Shown here piece by piece: positions 54,006-64,000 of a stretch of 64,000 bases of DNA. The stretch's first letter is position 1. Every line of letters begins with the position of its first letter. Origin of the DNA: Octopus vulgaris (taxonomy: Eukaryota); NCBI GenBank assembly GCA_951406725.2, contig OX597815.1:136896001-136960000 (forward strand), read 5' to 3'. Under the pieces are notes generated by a model. It ran no database searches. It was not told where the DNA came from and saw only the letters and a list, made by a program, of their open reading frames with translations. Position numbers and translations under genes: made by a program.

Positions 54006-54238
54006 CTTTTATTCCTTTATCCTTTCACAAGTTTCAGGCATTTAACAGCGGCCATGTTGGAACACCATGATAAAGGTTGTTAGTCGAAGAAATCGAACCA
54101 CGACTTATTCTGAGTAACTGTGGTACTTATTCTATCGGCTTATTTTGCCGAACCACTAATTTACGGGGACGTAAACACAGCAACATCAGTATTCAAGTGA
54201 GGGTGAGGGGGAACAAACAGACATAAAGACACACACAA

Positions 54239-54240
<2 letters not shown>
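54005..54240 (-). mobile_element. SINE family B 3' part
   Basis: GCGGCCATGTTGGAACACC...TTTTGCCGAACC...TTACGGGGACGTAAACAC. Confidence 0.8.
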
Positions 54241-54281
<41 letters not shown>

Positions 54282-54593
54282 TATAAAAGAAAAATGATAC
54301 ACAAAGAAAATAGAAACTACACGTGGAAATGTAAGGGGAAAGTAAGAAGAAAATAAGCGAAAATGCACATCGGAAATAAAAAAAAGTAAAGGCTTTTTAT
54401 GAAACGTAACGATATATATATATACAATTAGATGAACTGGGGTAGGAATAAAAGTAATAGAAGTCATTATTGTGAATTGTTAAAGAGATTTAAAAGCATG
54501 ATTTTCTAATCATTGCTTTGAATGCACACCGATTAAGGAACGGTGTCAGGTCTACTAGACACTGATTGAAAAGATTATGAAAAGATTGAAAAG

Positions 54594-54686
<93 letters not shown>

Positions 54687-54687
54687 G

Positions 54688-54732
<45 letters not shown>

Positions 54733-54733
54733 G

Positions 54734-54777
<44 letters not shown>

Positions 54778-55040
54778 CACATACAGAGAGAGAAAACCTC
54801 GAAACAAAATTTCTTACACACTACAAACTCTCCTTTTCTGTCTCTCTCTCTTTCTCTCTCTCTCTGTCCAAGCATTTCGCCCAGCATGCTAATGATTCTG
54901 CAACCTCGTCACGTTAGTCACTCTTAATAATAAAACAAAAAAACTACCACACTACAACTATGCAACATACACTCAACGAATACACACTCACAGAGAAATA
55001 CACACGGTATACACAAATATCTTGTTAAATTGTTTGCATA

Positions 55041-55202
55041 GGCGTAGGAGTGGCTGAGTAGTAAGTAGCTTGCTAACCAACCACATGGTTCCGGGTTCAG
55101 TCCCACTGCGTGGCATCTTGGGCAAGTGTCTTCAGCTATAGCCCCGGGCTGACCAATGCCTTGTGAGTGGATTTGGTAGACGGAAACTGAAAGAAGCCTG
55201 TC

Positions 55203-55276
<74 letters not shown>

Positions 55277-55477
55277 TTGTGTGTCTGTGTTTGACCCCCT
55301 AGCACTGCTTGACAACCGATACTGGTGTGTTTACGTCCCCGTCGTTCGGCAAAAGAGACCGATAGAATAAGTACTGGGCTTACAAAGAATAAGTCCTGGG
55401 GTCGATTTGCTCGACTAAAGGCAGTGCTCCAGCATGGCCGCAGTCAAATAACTGAAACAAGTAAAAGAGTAAAGAGT
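55041..55477 (+). mobile_element. SINE family B, full length and uninterrupted
   Basis: GGCGTAGGAGTGGCTGAGTAGTAAGTAGCTTGCTAACC...B box...internal TA/TG...GTAAAAGAGTAAAGAG. Confidence 0.93.
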
Positions 55478-55481
55478 AATA

Positions 55482-55870
55482 TGCGTAGGCGTGGCTGTGT
55501 GGTAAGAAGCTTGCTTACTACCAGATGGTTCAGGGTTCAGTCCCACTGCGTGGCATCTTGGGCAAGTGTCTTCTACTATAGTCCCTGGGCGGCCAAATCC
55601 TCCTGGGTGGATTTGGTAGATGAAAACTGAAATAATCCCGTCATATATATATGTGTGTGTGTGTGTGTTGTGTGTCTGTGTTTGACCCCCACGCATACTG
55701 TCGCTTGACAACCGATGTTGGTGTGTTTATGTCTCCGTAACTTAGCAGTTCGGCAAAAGAGACCGATAAAATAAGTACTAGGCTTACAAAGAATGAGTCA
55801 TGGAGTAGATTTCACCGACTAAAGGTGTTCTAGCATGGCCGCAGTCAAATTACTGAAACAAATAAAGGAA
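55482..55870 (+). mobile_element. SINE family B, second tandem copy
   Basis: GCGTAGGCGTGGCTGTGTGGTAAGAAGCTTGCTTAC...CAGTCAAATTACTGAAAC. Confidence 0.92.
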
Positions 55871-56876
55871 AATCGGATATGTAATAAAGATTTCTCTGTA
55901 CTTTATAATCAATTGCTTTCCTACAGCTTTTAATATTGAATCACAGCTAAAAAGTTTCTTGCATAGGAAAAAAGCATCTGTAAATTTACGCGTATGTGTA
56001 TTTATGCGTGTGTGCATTATTATGTATACGTACAGATGTGCATATGTTAATATGCACGTGCATATATGTATCTATGTGTACATGTGTAAGTGTGCTGTGT
56101 GTTTGTTCGTGCACGAGCAAAATTTATGTTTGTGTCTGTGCATTCAAGTTCATGTTCTTTTGTGAAAAACGTTTTATACGTTGACAAAGAAATCTTCCTA
56201 AATACAATTTAAAAATTTTTTTTGGCAATAATATGTTGAAATGGCTTCCATATCAGTTTGTACAGATTTCTCTTGGATAGACTATTGTGAACTGAGCCTT
56301 TCAGTGGTCCAAGCATTTGTTGCCAATATCGATTTTGCTAATGTTTATATATATGCATCAGTGAATAGTAGTAGCAGCTATTATTATTATTCTTGTATAC
56401 ATAATAATTATATTGCCATTTTTCATATTACTACCAAACACTATATTTGTGTGTGTGCGTGTGCGTGCATGTGTCTGTACTGTGTATGTATCTGTGTGCG
56501 CGGGCATGCCTGTTCATGCCAGTATTTCTGAGATTTCTCAACGGGTTTATGCTTGTATTTGTCGGAATTTCTCTCCGTAATATACGCGCTGTGTTTTCTC
56601 CTTGTTCTATATATCTAAAAGGCCTCATATTTTTATTATATAACTGTCTGCATATATAACTCTATATTTAGAGTTTTAAAGTTCAATATCATTGTCTTTC
56701 TATTTTTATATTTAGTAACAATTTTAGTTTAGAAAATTCATTATCAAACAAGAACTGACACATGAATCACAAACACCTTCCTGCAAGGCTATTCTTTTCA
56801 ATCTCTCTATATGAACGAATGACAATAAGTGGTCATTTTAACCTACTAAGACATATGATGTATATTTAGCTATATT

Positions 56877-59181
56877 ACATAAACTTCCACAAAGCGGACT
56901 GGGGAGCAATCAGAAAGTATCTGTCTTCCATCGACTAGTCTTTTACTCTCAATTCCTCTCATATTGAGACCGCGTGGCAGCACTTTGAAAACATTGTCGC
57001 CTATACATGCTCTAAACACGCTCCCACGAAATCTACTAACACAAACAGAAACCGGCTCCCTAAAAAGAAAAATACACTCATCAGGCGCATCAAAAGACTC
57101 AACAAAAAAATCAACCAATTGAAATATTCCCACACACAACATCCACATTCAACAACAATGAAAAGATTAGAGATGGAAAAACTTCATCTGCAGACCAACA
57201 TGAAAACCTCCATTGAGAATCAAAGAGCTGAGGAGGAACAGTGGGTAATCAAAAACATCAAACAGAACCCAAAAGTGTTCTATTCTTATGCAAATAAGCA
57301 TAGAACCACTGTCTCACCCATTGGGCCATTGATTAATGATAACGGCATTCCCCAACACGATGCTGAAGAAATGGCAGAAATACTGCAGAAACAATACTGC
57401 TCTGTCTTCAGTGTTCCCACTGATATTGACGTAAGAGAAACGAACGAAGTTGACTCCCAACATAAAATCTCAGACATAACCTTCACTGCCACTGACATCG
57501 TAGCAGCAATAAATGAGGTTAAATATTACTCTGCTGTAGGCCCTGATAGATTCCCCGCTAGTCTCCTGAAGGAATGTAGACACCAACTTGCATTCCCTCA
57601 GACCAACCTCTGGAGAAATTCGTTAGACGCAGGTTATATACCGAAACAGTTTCTATCCCAGTCGGTCATCCCGGTTTTCAAACAGGGAAACAGATCCCTC
57701 GCAGTCAACTATCGCCCAATCTCACTCACCTCCCACATCATTAAAGTGTTTGAAAGAGTGTTAAGATCAAGTGTAGCTGACTTCCTGGAGACCCACAAAC
57801 TCCTAAATGCAAATCAGCATGGCTTTCGCTGTGGCAGGGACTGTCTAACACAGCTCTTACACCACATTGAAGATGTACTCAAAGCCTTGGAAACAGGTTC
57901 GAACTCTGACGTCATATATCTTGACTTCAGTAAAGCGTTCGACAGGATAGACCATAATATCCTACTCTCAAAATTGGCAAATGTTGGAATCCGTGGAAAA
58001 GTTCTACACTGGATTAAGTATTTCCTGGCGAATAGAACACAACATGTAGTTGATGGAGTCCACTCAAGCCCAGCAAAAGTCACCGCTACTCTTCATAATT
58101 TACATAAACGACCTTTCCAGTGTCGTACATTACTGCTAAGTGAAAATATTTGCTGATGACACTAAGCTCCTGCAAATCGTCAATGAAGAAGCAGACCGAA
58201 CTCAACTCCAGTCTTATCTATATGCCGTGAGTCAATGGGCAGACAGAAACAAAATGCAACTGAATGAGGGAAAATTTGAGCTGATGCATTTTGGAAGAAA
58301 TTCCTCACTAAAACAACCATACTCTCTTCCTTCAGGGGAACCGCTCACAGCCTCTAACAATATCAGAGACCTGGGTGTAATTGTTGATGACGATCTCAGT
58401 TGGAGTGCGCACATCAACAAGAAGGTCGATATAGCTCGTAGGATGAGTTCCTGGATCTTAAGAACTTTCCGGCCCAGAGAACAAGGTGTCATCATACCAC
58501 TTTTTTCCTCACTTGTACGGTCACACCTTGAATACTGCTGCCCACTGTGGTCTCCCCATACAAGACAAAACATCTCCAGAATTGAGTCTCCCCAGAGGGC
58601 ACTCACTAAACAAATTGAAGGCATGGCCGCTCTCGATTATAGGGATCGCCTTAAAGCCTTGAAACTTTACTCCCTCCAGCGTCGCCGTGAGCGGTACATC
58701 ATTTGTACGATGTGGAAAATATACCGCCAACTTTGCCCAAACGACCTTAACATTAGCTTCAAGGTTCATCCAAGACTGGGACCACGGGCCATACGACCCC
58801 TGCCCAATTCAAGATCACAACATACATGTACACTGCAACATAATTTCTTTTCCTCAACAGGCCCTGCCCTATTTAACATTGTCCCGAGGGAGATCAAAGA
58901 GGAACAGGATCCCATCAACTTTAAACGGAGTCTGGATAGATTCCTTCAAAGAATACCAGATAAGCCACCCATAATTGGATACAACTCACCCAACAAGAAC
59001 TCACTACTTGAACAAAACTTGATACAACTCACCCAACAAGAACTCACTACTTGAACAAAACTTGACTTGAACAAAACTTGCCTTAAACAGGATTCCAATA
59101 ATCCTATCAGGTGGTGCTATTAAGTTAGACATGGCCTGGACCAATCTTTGGTCGAAACATATCTAAGTTTATCTAAGTTTA
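56877..59181 (+). mobile_element. 5'-truncated CR1-group LINE, copy 5 (very similar to 29351-34246)
   Basis: ORFs 57119-58156 and 58140-59054; deletion removes GVPQGTVLGP; same 3' duplication and (ATCTAAGTTT)n tail. Confidence 0.95.
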
Positions 59182-60439
59182 TATAACAAACTTTCACTAC
59201 AGAATTGAGCGCAGCTTTGAGTGTAGAATACGTCGACTACCTCCTTTCTTACTGGCTTGAAAGTACACAACGAAATATGATTGTAATGAGTAGTATTCCT
59301 ATTTTCTGTGTGGTGAATGCCTTATGTATTTGGATACCTCTTCTGTTCTCATTCATAACGCACATATTATTATGGAAATTCTGTTTTCAATCCCCCGCGA
59401 TTTCCAGATCATAATTGGATAGTTTAGCTCTTTCATTCAGAGATAAAATATCGTTTGTTGGAATTCATAACTCTTTTCCGTATGCTCTTGATTAGATGAT
59501 ATTTTTATTAACTTCTTCGTTAATATGAATTCTCATGTCATGCTGTGATCATTGAATAATATGAAACCTTGCTTAGCGTCAGTGTTTTGCACCGCCTCAT
59601 TTTTGTATTATATATTGCTGTCATATTTTCGAATGTATGAAAGGTGCAACTTTGAAATACCGAGGTTGGGAACATCAAAGCACAAGATATATTTCTATAC
59701 AAACTACAACATGACATTATCGACTAATATACATTACAATTCATTACGATTTCGCATAAAATCTGTAAATAATGCGCAGTTTCTTTCATTTTTTTTTTTC
59801 ATTTTTATATTTATTTCTCTTATGGGGAGGCATTATACCAGGAACAAAATGCCTGGTAAACCATCTTTGCACTGTACATTTGAAAGCCAATATTGTTGGG
59901 GTTTTAGGTTTATATCACTTGTCAGAAACTTAAGAGAAAATTCTCATTAAATTATAGCATCAAATTTTCTAAAATTTTTAATTGACGCTTGTTAGAGTTT
60001 CAAATGTTTTTCTAGTTTTTATTTTTTTACATCTGTCCGTTACTGCGGCCTTTGTTTTATTAGGTATTAGCTTCCTTGAAGTTACAAATAGTAGTTTGTT
60101 TTGTTTAATCCATGTTCTGTAGCTATTTGCGATCTTTCTCACATATTTTCCATTGGTTTTGTATTCTTACAGAAAATATTTTGTAATAGTTTTTTGTGAT
60201 ATCATTTTTTTCCTGCTACGTTTTCGATATTACATTATAAATTCAAACGCTATATTTGTTTTACATCAGATTTTGCGAGTTAATTTCAGTTATAAATATT
60301 ATTTTCTACACTAGGCACAAGGCATGAAATTTTGCGGAGAGGACCAGTCGATTAGATTTTTATATCGAAGACGTCGTACAGTATTCAACATCGTGATGTA
60401 GGTTAAAGATATTGTGCCTACCGCGGATTTCTACTGTCT

Positions 60440-62050
60440 GTCAAGTCACAACAAGTACCTCAGATGGACAGTACTTTATGCAGTTCTTAGTAAAGCTGAT
60501 TTTCGCAATGTACCTACATTGTAGGGTATTTCTAAAGCTTCCAGATGTTTCTTCATGTTGGGTGGTATTGAATCTAATGCTCTGATGACAACAAGGACAA
60601 ACTTTATGCATGGCTGTCGTAGCTGCCACATGTTGGCGATCTCAATTTTCAGATCTCTATATTTATCAACCTTTTCTTTTTTTCTCATGGCAATATGTTG
60701 ATATCACTGCACTGCCACGTCGATTATTAGGTACTCTTGTTTATTACTCCTAAAGATTACTATATCCGGCTTATGGTGGTCTAATGCTTGTCTGTATGGA
60801 AGTCAAATTCCCAGAGGATCTTTGCCTTCCTGTTTTCGTCCATTACCTTCTCCGATTTATGTTGGTACCAAGCACCCGTTACCTCTTATCCATACTTCTG
60901 GTAGCCTGAATAGGTTTTACGCTACCTTGTCGTGTCTGCGCAAGACTTTCAGAAGCACAAATAATGTGTCACGCTTTGGACCGTCTTCCCATACGTTTTC
61001 CAGAGGATCTTTGCACTTGTGTGGTATATACCTCTTTTCACTGAGCTGGTATTCAATGCCTAATCCTAGGCAACAATGATTAGGCTTTCAGTCTTCTTTT
61101 TAAGGTCATCTATGCTGATCCACACCCATGATGCCTCCTGGTCTTTTCAGTTGTTAGTTTCATGGTGGAACTAGCCATGTAATCCCATGTGGAGTAGAGT
61201 CTCTTCTCTCTCTTTAACTATTCGTGATGGGAATTCATTAGCACTCTCAGGTCCATTGCTAGTAAATCCTTTTGCATTAGCGACATACAGTAGCAGGTCT
61301 TGCTTGTTGCCTACCAAATATTCTGCCATGTTTTTTATTTCATTGATGATGCCCTTCCTTAAACTAATCATGTCACATCCACCTTTACACCTCTTCATGT
61401 AGAGCCTTTCTAAGTTCACATTAGGGTGGAGGGTACTATGCATTGTCAGTGTCTTTCGAGTACTACGATCGAGCTGGTCAATCTCCTCTCATGCCCATTT
61501 CAGAATGTATGCACTATAGCGGATTACAGCAACAGCCCATATGTCGATGGCAGTCACAAGTTTCCTTGCTTTGAGTTTTTACTTCAAGCGAAGTGTGAGG
61601 CGCTTTAAATATGTAGTAATGACCTTGTCTTTCATTTTTCTGAGCAAGGTATTGTACAGCTCCAGAATCCAGACGTTCATATAACTATCAGCATCCGGGT
61701 CTTCCATTCGCTGTCCGTTTCACAGTTCTATGTCCCTACAATCTGCCCGTTTCCCCACGTTTCGTAGTGAGCACCGCACACTTTGAGAAAGCGGAATCAA
61801 GGCTATAACACATAAAAAAGGTAAACAAAATTCTCCCTGGAAGATACATCTTTTGATTGTTATGTCGGCTAAGTGCTAAATGTTAGAGAAAAGATGTGTT
61901 TTCCAACTAGGTGTGCTTTCCTTAACCAGCGCATACACGTTCTCAGCAATTCCACAAATGCCAGGTGTTTCCCAAATCCAATAATGCGACAACATATCGT
62001 AAACCTTTTTATAGGTTATCCATGCCATGCACAAGTCTTTTGGTATCGTT
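60440..62050 (-). mobile_element. Degraded R4/Dong-type LINE (RT to restriction-like endonuclease)
   Basis: LCMAWITYKKVYDMLSHYWI; LHPNVNLERLYMKRCKGG; EKVDKYRDLKIEIANMW; abuts a long (AAT)n run. Confidence 0.8.
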
Positions 62051-62329
<279 letters not shown>

Positions 62330-62790
62330 GTGAGTGAGATGTTGAACGAAACACCCATGTTTTCAGAGGTGAATTATTCAAACCCCAAAGAACCCCTCTC
62401 AACACATGGCTATGATGCTCCCCCACTACTTCTGCTTGTGATCAGAGATGCACATATCGTCAGCCAATAAGGGACATGCTCAACTGTCAAACAACTGGCA
62501 AGCAAATGTGTGGTATTGAGCAGAATATTTTCTATAGCCCATCTTTTACACCAGGCACATGCATCACAACCATATGTGCGCGACATGGTGATCTCATATC
62601 AAGATGAACAGCACATGACCTTGCAGGTGGGGCCCAGTTAGAATTTTCTTCAGGTTGAGTAGCCCATCCCGCTCAAAAGGTCCCTGAATAAGGGTTGTTT
62701 AACGATGTTGAAAGAACCACCAATGTTTCCAGAGGTGAATGATTCAGACCCCAAAGAATCCCTCTCGACACATGGCTATGATGCTCCACC
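62330..62790 (-). mobile_element. Rearranged copy of the 6722-7285 repeat, embedded in (ATT)n
   Basis: 62338-62548 matches 6975-7190; 62549-62788 matches 6819-7058. Confidence 0.8.
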
Positions 62791-62808
62791 ATTATAATTA
62801 TTATTATG

Positions 62809-62854
<46 letters not shown>

Positions 62855-62855
<1 letters not shown>

Positions 62856-63175
62856 GGTTAGAATGTCGAGCTTACGATCGTGAGGTTGTGAGCTCGAATC
62901 CCGGACCGGGCTGCGTGTTGTGTTCTTGAGCAAGACACTTTATTTCACGTTGCTCCAGTTCACTCAGCTGTAGAAATGAGTTGCGACGTCACAGGTGTCA
63001 AGCTGTGTCGGCCCTTGCCTTTCCCTTGGACAACATCGGTGACGTGGAGAGGGGAGGCCAGTATGCATGGGCGGCTGCTGGTCTTCCATAAAACAACCTT
63101 GCCCAGACTTGTGCCTCAGATGGTAACTCTCTAGGTGCAAACCCATCGTCAGTGTCTGACCGAAGGGGGTCACCA
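62855..63175 (+). mobile_element. tRNA-derived SINE family C
   Basis: TGGTTAGA (A box end), GAGCTCGAATCCC (B box), TTGAGCAAGACACTTT core; flanked by (ATT)n. Confidence 0.88.
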
Positions 63176-63197
63176 CATTATTATTATTATTATTATT

Positions 63198-64000
63198 CAG
63201 TAGTTTTATTTTTATAGCGTGCTTTCACATCACTACCGAGCGCAGCTCTGTGTGCCTTGGGTATGTGCTGTGATTTGTTGTGATGCTCTGATGGTTATTG
63301 TATGGAAAGTGTTCTGCGTAGGATGTGTGCAGTGCCTAGTAGTGCAATTTTCTGTATGTCATATGTGTTTGTAAGTCCTGGCGTTTTTGTTATGTATTTG
63401 TCTGAATATTTTTTATCATGCCTAATGCACCTACTATGATAGGAATTGTTTCTGAGTTTCAGATTCCACATTCTAGTTACCTCTATTTCCAGGTCTTTGT
63501 ATTTTGAGAGTTTCTCCATTTCTTTTAGGGACACGTTGTCATCAGCCGGTATTGATACATCAATTAGAAAGCATTTTTTTCTTCATGATCTCTGACAACT
63601 ATATCTGGTCTGTTGGCCTTAATTTCTCTATCTGTGTGTATCGGCATATCCCAGAGTATGGTTGCTTTCTCGTTTTCTGTGACCTTTTCTGGTGTGTGCC
63701 TATACCATCTTTTTTCTGTTGTTATTCCATAATGTTGGCATAGCTTCCAATGTATGTAGGTTCCAACTCTGTCATGTCTGTGAATATATTCCTTCTTAGC
63801 CAGGACTGGGCAGCTAGAGATAATATGATTTATTGTTTCTTGTCCATCTCCACATATTCTGCAGTTACTTGTAATATTTCTTTTCATTACATGTTTTTGG
63901 TAATTTCTGGTGGGGAGGCTTTGGTCTTGTGCTGCAATTAAAAATCCCTCTGTTTCTGCTTTGAGTCCTGAGCTTCTCAACCATTGCTGGGATTTTTCTT
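63198..64000 (-). mobile_element. R4/Dong-clade LINE 3' end (CCHC + RLE), runs off the window
   Basis: ETEGFLIAAQDQ, CRICGDGQETINHIISSC, YIHRHD, ANRPDIVV, EKLSKYKDLEIE; 3' end followed by (AAT)n. Confidence 0.93.

Noticed and set aside
55041-55110. tRNA-like sequences in SINE heads
   Set aside because: A/B boxes are present but I see no complete cloverleaf, and they continue into SINE bodies; not called as tRNA genes

Overview
AT-rich, microsatellite-laden eukaryotic DNA made almost entirely of interspersed repeats. The SINE families look like those of octopus genomes (my recognition, not database-verified). No host protein-coding gene can be supported, and most ORF-track entries are translations of (TA)n, (CA)n or (AAT)n tracts. 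Content: (i) five copies of an APE+RT CR1-group LINE, one near full length (29351-34246, minus) with an unusual Myb/SANT-like + CCCH ORF1, nearly all flanked by (TA)n; (ii) two RTE fragments and two R4/Dong (RLE) fragments; (iii) at least three tRNA-derived SINE families; (iv) non-autonomous Helitrons, including a head-to-tail dimer; (v) a TIR element. Most notable is a family of 1.5-1.7 kb ORF1-only (zinc-knuckle, no RT) retroelements that insert sequence-specifically into the tRNA-like head of a SINE at AAGTAGCTTGCTTAC. They duplicate this 15-mer and stack into tandem arrays at two independent loci (7.3-9.6 kb plus, 14.8-18.1 kb minus). A related ORF1-only element (18.7-19.6 kb) shares its 3' end with the tail of a second SINE family. 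Boundaries were read by eye and may be off by a few bases, or by tens of bases for degraded copies.
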